A stretch of DNA of 63,931 nt, counting the filler, from Phoronis australis (lineage: Eukaryota; Animalia; Phoronida): assembly GCA_002633005.1 (NCBI GenBank). It is 5 parts of 5 records of this genome, joined end to end, with 100 filler letters (N's around TTAATTAATTAA, not from the genome) between each part and the next. Parts side by side here need not be neighbours in the genome. Positions count along the whole stretch, not along the records: positions 25,298 to 44,468 come from NMRA01000846.1; positions 44,569 to 56,387 come from NMRA01000235.1; 3 more parts are not named here. One strand, given 5' to 3'. The notes below the pieces were generated by a model, which saw only the letters and a list, made by a program, of their open reading frames with translations, did no database searches and was not told where the DNA came from. Below, in pieces: positions 39,856-52,490 of the stretch (position 1 is the first letter of the stretch; each line of letters begins with the position of its first letter). A program made the position numbers and the translations under genes.

Positions 39856-41851
39856 GTAAGCTCTTAATTTTTTGTGTTTTATGCCATCGCTTTCATTGAA
39901 CACATTCCCGTTATTTTAATCTCGAATTGGCATCTCTGATAATGTCCATCGTTTGTATCCCGCATCCGACATAAATCAAACTTCATTCTATTCTATTGTA
40001 TTCTATTCAGACGGTAGTGCGGAAATTAGTTCTTTTTACCACACAAGCAAAAATGATGTCAAGACTAGTAAAAGCAGGCAGAGCTTTTAACAATTGTTTG
40101 AAGCACATATCATGACAATCAATCGCTTCTGTAGGTTAAATGCCATAGCACCGGGATTAAGAGCCTATGAGAACCTGACAAACTACCGGCGACTCAAGAA
40201 AAATACGGCATGTAAACAATTTAGCTATGAATGATGATTTTTGCAACTGCCGTGTCCCGGCACAACGGTTAAACCTTTCGCTAAACCACCCTCTTAAAGG
40301 GTTACAACTGCGCTATAATTACAACTGTTAAAACCGGTGTTAAAGTGTTCAGACCGACAGTCATGACATTTAAATCGGTTTTAAAGTTACCACCGTTTTG
40401 GTGTCACAGAATAATTTCACTCCGAGTCACGTGACAAGTCACAATGTCAATAATGATTCGAAGCTGACCTCTGTTGGAATATGATTCCGAGTCACTAATT
40501 ATATTCACAAATTCTTCGAAAAGGAACTGATACGAGCTCATATCAAAACATCTGAGGAGTACCACGCCGTTCGCCGCATGAGTTCCCCAAACATGCAGGA
40601 GCGTACATAGTTAAGTTCATTTTAAAACTATATCAACAAGCGATAAACAAATTAAAATTCATCTTTTCAGTCTAAGTCATCTCGTTGAAATTTATTTGAC
40701 CGCTATTACCTTACAATATGATACATGACGAAATGAGTTTCCCAAGCGCCACAGGTTTTCCAGGGTCGTTTTATTTGTAACACTAAAACACTGCGCTTAT
40801 TGACATTGCCGTCAATAACCTATAAACAGACGTTTTAATAGACACATGCACCTTTCACAAAACCTGTCGTAACAAGTGATTGATAGATCTTCTGAAATAT
40901 AATGCTAATGTATTAATATATGTTAATATATTAGTATATCATGTTGTCAGTAACGTTCTTTTTTCCACTCATCTGATGACTGAGCAAATGTGTAAGACAA
41001 CAAGGTTGACGCGGAGAGTAAAGTTGCAATAATAAAACAAAAATCCTGTCGATATGTGTACATTATTTTCACTGCAGAAAGGCTCAGTGAATATTCTCAA
41101 AGGTTCATTTGACATCACATATAGACCCGTACCCAGCAGTGCGTGGGGGTGGTTCGAATTTCTAGAACGGTGGACTTTGCAAACGACGACACTAGAGTTT
41201 CCGGTAAGGCCGTTGACGCAACTTAATTAGGGGAAGGGAAATCTGTATACAGCGATGATTCTGTGCTTTATGTTCCTGAGATGAGACGGAATTCGAAATA
41301 CCAGAAATGAGGATGATGTCGTGACGGTTGGTCGCAAAGAACTGGACACAAATTCGGATGTAATGTTGTCCAGAAAAAGAACGTTCTCGCGTTAGCTCAT
41401 GCCAAACTTTCAAATGAGGCGTGTTTAAATCAGTGATTATGTTTTATTACATAATCGGACGGAAATATTTAGTTTGAGAATGATTTGACGAAATTTTTTA
41501 TCTGGTTGTAGTTTTTACGTGTTACTAAGTTGCTTACATCGCTGGAAATGGGAACAATTCACTATTCCGAAGGCTCACTAATCCAAAGGTTCACTATTCC
41601 AAAGGTTTAGGGTTAAAACTCCAAGAATATCTAAAATTTCGGACTAAGATGTAATTTATATACTTTTACATGCCAAAATAAACAGTGCTTCGGTTATTAG
41701 ATGCACTGAGTGGTGTGCCTATAGCGAAAACAACGTTAGCACTTTGCTTGGATTTTGTGACTTTCTAAAACAGCTCTGAGGTGATGGCGTGTTACAACTA
41801 TTGTTAAATCTCTTGGTCTATTTACATCGACTTCTTGTCTGGTTACATTGT

Positions 41852-41893
41852 CACAACGTTTCGGTCGGTGTATTCTCTGACCATCTTCCGGTG
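41852..41893 (-). ncRNA. Second hammerhead copy (degenerate) in the inverted arm
   Basis: Minus strand CAC-CGGAAGA-T-GGTCAG agaataca CCGACC-GAAA-CGTT-GTG; ACGT palindrome intact, core CUGA mutated to CGGA. Confidence 0.65.
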
Positions 41894-42163
41894 TTCCTGC
41901 CTTCTTAGAAGAACGCAGCACGGATATTTTGTATACTCATCATGGTGTGATTTTTTATTATATATTGTCCGAGGAAGGATTTGAAGTCACGATTTCTGAA
42001 ACTACTACAGATATTTTGAGCCCAGCACCTTAACCACTACACTACGGAGTCATCAACTGTACTTAAACCTTCCTAAGTAGACTGAGCTAGGTGTCACTTG
42101 GCTGTTTGCTCGGCTGGCTGAAGAATTGCCTTGTACTTTCATGTACATGGCTTCCTTGATCTT

Positions 42164-42826
42164 CGACTTCAACTCCAACCACACCACAGGAGTCAAGAAG
42201 GGTATAATCAAATGCCTTGCATCAAGATCAAAGGAAATCTGCAGTGCTACAGCACTGCAAGCAGAAATGACCAACTTCAAGGAGACATTCGAAAAAAATG
42301 GCTACCCAAAGGATTTCATCAAGTCGTCTTTAACATAGCAGAGAAAAGAGAGAGTGGCAGAAGAACGCCCACTGCAGACTATGTGCTTGCCATATATACC
42401 TGGAACAATCGAGAAGCTCGGAAGAACATGTAAAGAATTTATAATAAGAACAGTATACCCTGGCTCAGACACACTGGGTCGGCGACTGACAGAAGTCAAA
42501 CCAAGAACTGACATGGGAAAAAAGAAAAATGTCATCTATGAAATCCCATGTGGATGTGGTGAATCATATGTCGGCGAAACATTAAGACCACTGGAGATGA
42601 GAATTGCCGAACATAAAAGGTGTTGTATAGAGGGTAATACCTCATCAGGAGTAGCAGAACACATGCGGACGAAAAACACAACACCCAGTGGAATAACATC
42701 CGAATACTTGACAGTGAAACAGGTTGGACCAAGAGAAAGATCAAGGAAGCCATGTACACGAAAGTACAAGGCAATGTCTTCAGTCAGCCAATTGACACTT
42801 GGCTCAGTCTACTTAGGAAGGTTTAA
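42164..42826 (+). pseudogene. Penelope-like ORF remnant (GIY-YIG endonuclease)
   Basis: VIY-x-IPC-x-C-xx-YVGET..R...R..EH motif; in-frame stop near 42338 and frameshift near 42675. Confidence 0.88.
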
Positions 42827-42858
42827 GTATAGTTAAATTCCCTCTGAGTAAATGGATA

Positions 42859-42940
42859 ACTCCGTGGTGTAGTAGTTATCGTGCTGGACTCAAAATATCT
42901 GTAGTAGTTTCAGTCGTGGGTTCAAATCCTTCCTTGAACA
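42859..42940 (+). promoter_or_regulatory. tRNA-like Pol III A/B-box module in the Penelope 3' region
   Basis: TGGTGTAGTAGTTA (A box; TAGTGTAGTGGTTAAGG in the other arm) ...GACTCAAAA... GTGGGTTCAAATCC (B box); mirrored at 41966-42050 on minus. Confidence 0.65.
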
Positions 42941-43012
42941 ATATATAATCAAAAAATCACACCATGACGAGTGTACCAAATATCCGTGCTCGTTCCTCTA
43001 AGAACGCAGGAA

Positions 43013-43054
43013 CACCTGACGATGGTTGGAGAATAGACCGACCGAAACATCGTG
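43013..43054 (+). ncRNA. Minimal type I hammerhead ribozyme (degenerate) in the Penelope right arm
   Basis: CAC-CTGACGA-T-GGTTGG agaataga CCGACC-GAAA-CATC-GTG: core boxes, 6-bp stem II, short stem I (CAC/GTG); the stem III ACGT palindrome is mutated to ACAT. Confidence 0.75.
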
Positions 43055-43499
43055 ACAATGTAAATAGACAAGAGGTCAGTATAGACCAAGAGATTTTAAC
43101 AATAGTTGTTAGATTTCGTGCGCATGCAAAATTGCCCGCATTTCTTACGAGTAATGAAAAATGAGTACGTACTTGCATTTTTTATAAGAATATGAAGTAG
43201 GCATATAACCACTACACATTCATCAAATCCATGTTAAGTTGACATCATTTCACAGCGTGACTGAAAAGTTTAGGGCCGCTGCGCCTCAACCTCACTCACC
43301 GTAACCACACGCAAGGCCGGGTTGAAACTAAATGTAGTTAGTAAGCTACCCTGTCCCTGCCGAAGTCAAAGAGTCCCATTCAGACTTCAATTTAAAACCT
43401 CCGTTAGTCGCCGCACCCCTGTCCCGTGCCCCAGATGTTGTCGCTGCTTCAGAAGGAGTTGTTAGTTAGATTCAACAATCAGGATTGGCAGTGGTATTT

Positions 43500-43590
43500 T
43501 GAAGGTAGCGAACCTTCGTAGTAGTGAACCTTCGGAGAAGGGAACCTTCGGAGTAGAGGACTTTCGGAGTAGTGGACCTCCGGAATAGCG
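43500..43590. repeat. 16-bp tandem repeat gaaccttcggagtagt; inverted partner at 41560-41610
   Basis: 5-6 units here; cactattccgaaggtt x3 at 41560-41607. Confidence 0.75.
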
Positions 43591-44468
43591 ACGTGTAACT
43601 TTAGAAATCTTTTCCATCATGTTTGTTGCTCGTATGAAGTCTACGAGTTGTGCGCCATTGACATTGATTGACAAGAGAAGACTTTCTTCATTGACCAAAG
43701 ATTTTGTTAGGTCTAGATCTACTTTTCCCTAATAATGTGAACGTACTCGTCGGAGTTTTCTCAGTGGAGGATAACATGGAAGTTAAATGTCTGGTTTTCG
43801 AGCAACGGCGGAGGACTGCCTATAGTGAACTTACCGTCGGCGTGTGAACTGAATTTAAAAGAATAGAAATGCACACAGGTGTATACGTATACATGCCAAT
43901 CCACCGATCCTCAATCAAAGTGGACCCTGTATGAACAACGTTTTTGACGATCACCTTTAATTCAAAATCTGAAAATGCCTGCACTTTAACGTAATATACT
44001 AGCAAGTATACCGAAATAGCAGATAAAAAACATTTTCTGCTGTTTTGTTTCTTGGTCAATTTTAAGGCATTCACATTGCACTACTTTTTGGGAGTTCTCT
44101 CGCTGCTATATAGCATAAAGTAGCTAGGTATAGACACTAACTTCTAGACTCCTTTGTTTTTTCATGGTGTAGCCACCACGTGCGTTCAATGTCAATGAAT
44201 AACATAAAATCTTCTCTAATCGTCTGCACGAGCTTGTCATCTACGCAAACACCATTCTGGCGAAATTGACCGGGTACGGCCACCCGATGATTACGTGAAG
44301 CGCTTTGAAAATTATTACTAACTTAGTTATCATTGTAGTTAGTAGTACCAGTAACTGCGACAACTTTATTGTTATTGTCCTTCTATTTAAGGAATAGGCT
44401 GAGTGGGGCTGGACGTTTCCGCGAGGGGGTGGGGGTTGATCGAACCTTCCGAACTCCCCCCCCCCCCC

Positions 44469-44568
44469 NNNNNNNNNNNNNNNNNNNNNNNNNNNNNNNN
44501 NNNNNNNNNNNNTTAATTAATTAANNNNNNNNNNNNNNNNNNNNNNNNNNNNNNNNNNNNNNNNNNNN
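44469..44568. other. Assembly gap linker
   Basis: Same construct. Confidence 0.97.
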
Positions 44569-44619
44569 GTGGTATCAGCCTGACAACCTATTACGCAACT
44601 GCTACTCTAGCCTAAAAAT

Positions 44620-44835
44620 AGCAGCCGACCAGCTGGTCGGCTGATGGCCGGTCGGCTGAAGGGTCGGCTGAAGGGTCGGCTGGGGAGTCGCCTTATGAGT
44701 CGGCACTGCGGGCGGCTGGCGGTCGGATAATTTTTAGCCGACCGGTCGGCAAATTAGACGACCGGTCGACGGCTAGTCGTCGACCAATTTCCGACCGGGC
44801 GGCCAAAAATTCGTGATGTGTGCTGTATAGGGCAT
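44620..44835. repeat. GC-rich palindromic gtcggc/gccgac tract, probably a MITE end
   Basis: gccgaccagctggtcggc, gccgaccggtcggc, repeated ggtcggctgaag; abuts a gap. Confidence 0.55.
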
Positions 44836-47800
44836 AAAATTTTTCTACCTCAACACAGTGAAGACTTTTCTGTTCCCAGATCGCAGACAAGATCCCAAGC
44901 TGTCTTGCCCTCTAGATTTGAAACTGCATAACGAAATGGCGAGACACTTGTTTGAAACGGTTTAATTCACATCGACAGCTTAGTATTTGACCACTCTGTG
45001 ACTCTTCCTTTTTCCATAAGGCATCGGAGACGCGCGGGTATAACAAACGTTATTACAAAAAACTTGCGTGATAGGGGACATGACATACTGGCGCTGGATA
45101 CGTTCATACGTCACACTCATGTCCGTGGAGCTAATAAACTTCAAATGAAGTATCAATTATTCTACTTTCTCGTCCTGTGTGATATTAAATTCACGATTCT
45201 GTTTTTACTGATATAAAGCATTTGTTAATGATGCTGACTATGTAGTTACATGTAACAACATTTGTAAATATATAAAATACCTCAAGAGAATTCCAAGTTC
45301 AGTTGGAGTATTTGGTTTTAACAAATGTTCGTGAAACCTCGTTGACATCGCTACTCGTAAAACAACTGCTCAAAGGTGGTGCCATACACTTAATACATGC
45401 ATTTGTAGCAATATCAATAATTTTCAGAACCATATGAGTATGTTAACTTTAAGTCCAAAATATTGGTTCCGTGATTCAGTTAGTTCTTCTACTTTCAAAA
45501 AAAGATCTAGCCAGGAAGACAGTGTATGATGTACCAAATAACACAACTATCACAGGTTGTATACCTCCTTGGTATCTTTTACCCACGACATCTATGGATC
45601 TATGGTTTCGTTGTGGACTTGGTTGACCAGACGACTTGACCCGAAAGTAAAACTTATTGGGGAGACATGAAGCAACTCGACTACGACAAACTTCCGGCTT
45701 TCCCTTCCCATCGCCAGCACATCCGACACTCCTGCCCCCAGTTACCAAATGTTACCAATAGTGTATCACCTCGCGCTCAAATCAGGTTAGCGCAAATGCA
45801 AAGGAAGTAGCCATCGGCACTTCACTCTTGAGCGTTAAGCATTTTGCTCCCATTTTTACTGGGGAAGGGTTTTTCGAGTCATAGCTTTAAGTCACCAGCC
45901 AAATAAACAGTTTTGGGCTGTTCTAGGAAACTTTTAGATATTTTTTAGAGTTTCATTGCATTATTTTTGTAACGGGGTTATATCCATATCAAATTGCATG
46001 GTCAAGATTTGATGTTTTTTCGCTTATTTGATGTCTGTTATTTGTCAATAGTGTTGGGCAATAAATGTCCGTTCTCCAAAACTTCTTTGTCATTGAGTAC
46101 AGGGCACGTCGTGGCTCAAGCGCACGCTCTTGGAGCATATTGGAACTGTACACTAGGGCCAGGCGCAAAGTCTGATCCACGGCATAGAATTTGTCAATAC
46201 AGTGTTGTATTGACTTTTGACTAAATGTTTGGAACACACTGTGTATTGTTTGCCACCAAACACCAAAAACTGAACTACCGTGTTTTAACAACGGATTTTG
46301 AGACATCTGTCAACTACCTGAGGAAAGCCTTCAGTATCTGTCTCGCAGCAAGAAAAGATATAGTCAAAATCACGTGCGTTCACTCAAAATACTCGGAAAT
46401 ATATCAAGTAATCTCGCAAGGTCTTGCTTTTATAGCTAGATTCTTACGTTACTGAACCCAACCCATGGACCTTCAAACCCCAGTCTTCAAAATAATTGAA
46501 GTCATTACACGAATAAAATATTTCAAGTTTTCCCAAAACTGCACCACAATATACATGTACATGTATGAACAATCTGAGGTCCAGCGCAAAAGGGCAGGTT
46601 CCTTCCATTATATGTTATTTTTCCGTACTTTCCAATTTAATTTGCTTATTGTGTCTGACTTCAAAGCTAAAGAATACTTTGGAAAGTTTCAGATTTATAC
46701 ATCCGGTACACTCCCTCCTATAGGGCCCGTTTGGAGCATTTTACGCAGCAAGGAGTTCTCTAGGGCATGCGCATACGTGAACTTCATAGAGAGTCTATGT
46801 ACGATAGCCTAAAACATGCTCAACCATTTGGGAAATTCTGAGAAAATGAAGTGTATTATAAAACACTAGTCAACATGAACAACAGAAAGTAATCATTCCA
46901 ATTTCAGGATACCTAAATTCAAATCCAGAGACAGCTATTCTTTATGTTACGTATTTGAATTTTTACAAGATGAGGATAAACAAATACCAACAACTAATTT
47001 TCAGTTTTGTTTACATGGAACTAGGCTGTGCAGCGCAAGGTTGACCACTGGTGCCTAGGCAAACAACCTCTTCGGAGGTAAAACAAGCATATGGCGATTC
47101 ATAACTTAACCACAGTCTGATGTAAGCATATCGTCGTTTTCAAACGTGGAGTTATAACCGCCTACATCATTGCATTTCACTGGATTTCCCAAAAAGAATG
47201 CTTTTCAATCTTCTCAAGCTAAAGATCAATGTGTTTAACTTGATTTAAAGATTTAGTTCCTTAAAACCACAATTCGCATATCACTATATGTTATCATAAT
47301 CAAACCTTGTTTTATGGCATAGCATATAAAGTTAACGTCCAAAACCCCAGAACATAGAAGGAAGCCTACACTTTGAGTGAAAATATCTTAGTTCCTCGGA
47401 CATAAGTATGACTTATGAACTCAACCAGCGCCAGTGCGTCATGTCCATAAACACGCAATTTTCTTGTACAAGGTGGTTCAATATCCAAGCTTCTCTGAGT
47501 TGCCACAGCATCCACTAATTCAACACTTTGTCATTGTCACTATACCATCAACCACGGGAAACCCAGCACCATTATATGGCGACTTTTCACACTAAACACA
47601 ATGGAGGATGACTAACTGCTGTGGTTAGTTGTCCTGATTCTACCTAGAATGAATGTATAGACCAATAATTGCTTGCATCTCACGACCAACTATGTAAAAC
47701 ACCGTACGGTATGTGTTTGGGAGTTCTAATAACACGAGCGACCGACAGGTGGCGTGTTTTCCTTGTTTTTGGTATAGAAATGGTGGCTTTACACACGTTA

Positions 47801-50800
47801 AGTCTCCTTTTTTGTCAGTTTAAACCACTAATCTTCATCTTAGTCTATGAACAAACAACGCATTTGTTCTCAGTTGCACTGTGAGTATATTATGTGGCAC
47901 ATTGTACAACTATTCGAATTTCACCAATAATTCTAAGAGCTATTTCCTGTTGACATATTTCTAGTGTACTTAGCTATTTTGAGATTTGTTATTAGTTGTA
48001 CGCCTGCCAACTTGTTGCAGTATATCCAACATTTGAATGATAGTATAAGATGGAAGGACCGGTATTGTTTTCCGTCATTGGACGGTTTTATATGACGTCA
48101 AGAGACATTTACGTGCCTACAAACAACTCATATTTGCGTAACTGCAACTGTCGTATAGGTTATATCCCCATATTGTTTCAGATCTCCTGGTGACTGCACA
48201 TTGTGCAACGTTAACTTGATCAAGCTGAATAATAAAATGCACCTCCCATAATTTGAAATATTTTCCAAACCCTGAATTTATTTACTTTTCAGCAAACCAA
48301 TTGTCAGAATTCATTTCAAAACAACAGCTTATCATTGACTTTTTTTGATGTTATCAAAGTGAACTATGTTTTGGGAGCGATCGGCCTAACCAACAGTGAA
48401 GCAGTTGTAAGAACCCTCTGTGAGGAGGAGTATAATCATCTCGATACATTTACATGCAATTATTGTAAACGTGCAGTTGCTAGTGAATAGCTTCAAACAA
48501 GGAAAGTATGTCTGAACATGAAGAAATGATGAAACAACGGAAAAACTAAGTTTACCTGGGTGTTGTGAAAACAGCATAAAACATTTTGTTTGCATTCACT
48601 GAAGCGTTGACGTTGCCCAATGCCATTTTGCTCATAGAATCTGAAAACGGACACGCAAACCTGGACGTGATTAAATATGTCGGTGATATAAATATTTGCG
48701 GGTCATTGCAGGCTTAAAATTGAGACTCAAGATTTCCGCAACATCTCTAATAGACGTCAGTTAACATGACTGAGGACGAGTGACACAACACCTCTGACTA
48801 TCGTACAAGTTTGATTGTCACAGTACAATGTACATCGTCCAGTGCACAGTTCGTGATTTGGAAGGAGTGATAGGAAATTCGGTCACCCTCCAGACACAAC
48901 AAATCAGGCGCTGTAAGTGTAGACAGAGACGTTAATGAGGGTGATAGGTCAATTATGTTCTTAAAATTGGTTTACACTACCTCACACTTTCGTAACTTGC
49001 CCTGCACAACAACTTGTTTCACAACATCACTGTCCTTATTCTTGAAAATGCGATAGTGTATCCCAGAGTAGACCTCCGTGATGCATGCTGTTTGCCTTGG
49101 ATCTGATGTTTGATCTCGGCTCTAGCTTGACCCACTACATACCTTTAGATTGATGAATTTTCTCTCTGGGCTTCGTGCAAGCGTCTCAGTCCCAAGTTAT
49201 TTATAATCTTAAGTACTCCCACTGGATTAGTGTCCGCTTTTTGGCGCTCTACCTGAGGCCTGGAAGATACTGAAACCGCTTTCAGCTGCATACTTCGGGA
49301 TACGCTCCTACTGAAATGTCAATCGTCTTCTTTTCCTCTGCATTTAAGAGTGAAATACGGCTCACAGCAGGAAAAATGCCCAGAGGGATGATAAATCCAA
49401 TGTCACCGATTTGAACCATACTATGCATTTTAGTTACCTTTGGGATGATAAACAAAACACTAAAGTCCAACCTCATTTTACCTTGTTTAAGGGGGAGAAA
49501 TCAGGGAGCCTCTATTTTGGGGGTTTGCCATGCAATGATCTCGCCGAAAATGCCTTATTTGCACTACACAATAAAAAATATCGGCGCACGAGATCATTAT
49601 TTGTTTGTAATTTTTTAAACAAAGCAAGCCTTCGGCTTTACAAAGATGGTAAACAATACTCATTAACTCTGCCGCTAAGTTAAAAATTTCAGGCATAAAT
49701 TATAGAGGGGCCCGAGGTTAACAAGGCATTGCAATTACGCCACATTTTGAGCCCGTATATCTCAGCTGGCACAACACTGATCAACACCAGACTTTTACAC
49801 AAGACGTTTCTATCTTTTTGCTGTTGATTAATACAATAAAATGTTCTGGCACTGAGCATTTTTCTATACAAATTGCAAGATTACGACAACCACCTGATTA
49901 GAAATTTCCTTCAATACCGATACCTGTTTGGGACATTAAAACACCAATAAAGTGCATAGTTTTGATTCAAAAATTGATTTATTAATATTTAGTTAAGTGT
50001 CATTAAGTCAGGGGCAATTATTTAAGGTATTTTTCCTTTTTAATTAAAATTCCGCGTTTTTCGTGAACCCAGTGTCCAAAAACAGGTGTCACTTAAGTGG
50101 TGATCCTGAGTTGCTGACGTGTTATCTGCTAGTATGATGGAGTGTGATGAAGTGTATGGAACCTCAAAAGAATGTCTTCTGCACATGTGTGAAATCTTGA
50201 TGCGGCAAAAAGTGAGTAGCAAACCACCGCACCTACAGACTGTGCGGTAACTGATTTTGGCGAGAGTCGGACAATTTACAAGTGCGTGTTCACGGGACCC
50301 GTGTCACGCCTGTGTGACTGCGTCCAAGGCAAGGGCAAGACACCGGGCTGATCTTGGAACTCTGTGGAAACCATGTAGACTCTGCAAATACCCATTAAAT
50401 TAGTGGTAGCTCGCGTGCCAAGCCTGAAGTGGGAATGCTGGTTGAAATGACTAAAGTCAACTTACTTTCACAGGAACTCAACAATGTCAATGCATTTGTG
50501 TTCTTTCCTGTTGGATCTGGTGAGTACTACTACTGCTTTGTTTGAATTTGAGGTTATCACGACAGGATTTTTGGCGGTAATAGTCAGTTTTGTGGTTTCA
50601 TGATTCAAGAACCAGTTAGCACAGCTAGAAACAACAGATGTTATTGTAATACAGTACCCTGCAATGCAAGTTACTGGTCCTCCTTTCAGGAAGATCACAA
50701 ACTGCGTGACCATGCATGTACCACAAAAATGTAAACACAGTACTTGTTTTTGAACATGTAGTATAGACAGAGTTTTTTTATTGTACACACTGGTGAAATT

Positions 50801-51937
50801 TAGTAGTCCTATGCCTGCATCACTGTAAACAACTGATTAACAGTCTTGTATTCATAAGGGCAAATCAGTGATATACCTGCCATGTCGCCGTTGTTGGAGT
50901 CTAGGCTAGCCTAGAGCTATTCAGTCCACTTACTAGTAGCGTCTTATGTTAGTTGTAAGTTTAGTCCGAGATTACATGCATCTAGTGGCCTGTACTTGTT
51001 GCAAGCGGAAAATGCAATCTCATTGACTTTTACTTTTCAACAACCGATATTGTTGTTATGCGTCTTTCTTTTAGTTCATTACAGGAAGTATTTTTTCTGT
51101 AGATATATTGATGAATGCTGTAGTTATAGCATTATAAATTCCAATTTTAGCTGACAACTTGCATGCCGGAATTTCTTTTCACTTCAGCTGTCAGTGAATT
51201 ATGTAATTCTGGAAATCATAGCGTGTCGTTATATTTCATGAGTACCATTATGTTGTCATTTGTTGTCTGGATATGATATTCATTTGATGTCCAAAGGAAT
51301 CCAATGAAACTGGCAAAAATAAACCAAGTACCCACAGTGTTTTTTCTTGTTGTACTTATGGACGTTTTACATATTACACTCCATGGGTCAAATGAATTAT
51401 CTCAGCTAAAATCATTGGATCACTCAGCGGCAGTCACACCTGTGTAGTGGCTGGGCCCTGCAAAGTTCTGCAAAAAGTGTATAATTCGAGAGTGTTACAA
51501 CCTGCCTGTCATTTTTTCAGAAAGTAGAGCAACAAAGCAGACCCCGTAAGAACTGCACAGGCGATGGAGACGGATGAACAGTTTCGGGAGGAAGGCTGAC
51601 TGACACTACAACAGGATAAAGGTTTATTTTCATGCTTGGCTGCCTTGTTGGGTTGTCTGAGTGATTTAACCAGTTGTTATTGATGTGATATTGTAGAAAC
51701 TGCGATAAATGCAAAATGCAATATTGCAACGTGCTCTGATTTTGTCAGTAAAACTTAGGATGTTTAGTCAGTGTTCTGGTCGAAACTTTGCTGTCCAATT
51801 TATTTAAAGATGCTGGTATTTCAGTTTTCATCTTTCAAATTCATATTACACTCAATCTCTCTTAACTAAAAAGCGAAGCCTTATCTGAGTGTTAACGTAT
51901 GTACAAGCTTAAGGAAAGGTAGTGACTTAGGCATACT

Positions 51938-52490
51938 TGAACCAATTCACTGGCATTTAGGTCAAAGAACACATTTACATATCTCGTTTCTCCATGCTAC
52001 TTTGTACCACTTAACTGGATGACCAGTGTTAAACCAGATTACAGTCACATTAAATATCATTTTGACTTTAATCTGTTCCAACATTGCTTTTGCAGAATGA
52101 GAGTTAGTTGTTCGGTATGTGATGATGAGTTAAGGGAGGTGCCGAGGTCACCTGTATTCTGAATTCTTAACATCAGGAGTGTCATGTTTGAGCCAATTCA
52201 CTGGTATTTAGATCGTTTAACACATTTAGACATCTCGTGTTTTCCATGGTAGTTTGTATAAATTAACCAGACAATGAGTGGTAAACCATATTCTGGTCGC
52301 ATTAAATGTCACTTTTTACTTTAAAGTGGTCCAACATTGTATATACAGACTGGGGAGTTACGTATACCGTATGGGATGAGGAGGTACATGTAAGCGAGAT
52401 CACCTGTATTTTGAACAACTAACATAGGAGTCTCCTGTTTGAGCCAGTCCATTAGCACTTAGATCAAATACCACATTTAGATATCTCTGA
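51938..52490. repeat. Diverged ~250-bp tandem repeat (about 2.2 units)
   Basis: ttga(a/g)cca(a/g)t..ca.t.g.a.ttag recurs at ~51938, ~52188 and ~52439; tcacctgtatt and ccaacattg recur at 250-bp spacing. Confidence 0.8.

Larger units (their letters stand above)
41794..43109 (+). mobile_element. 5'-truncated Penelope-like retroelement (RT C-terminus + GIY-YIG endonuclease) with inverted ~370-bp terminal arms
   Basis: DFNSNH..VKKGIIKCLASRSKEIC..NGYPKDFI; CLPYIPG; NVIYEIPCGCGESYVGETLRPLEMRIAEHKR; VAEHM; KRKIKEAMY. Positions 41794-42163 are the reverse complement of 42737-43109. Confidence 0.92.

Noticed and set aside
42859-42940. Functional tRNA-Leu(CAA) gene
   Set aside because: Stems pair poorly and the module is embedded in both Penelope arms; kept only as a tRNA-like promoter module.
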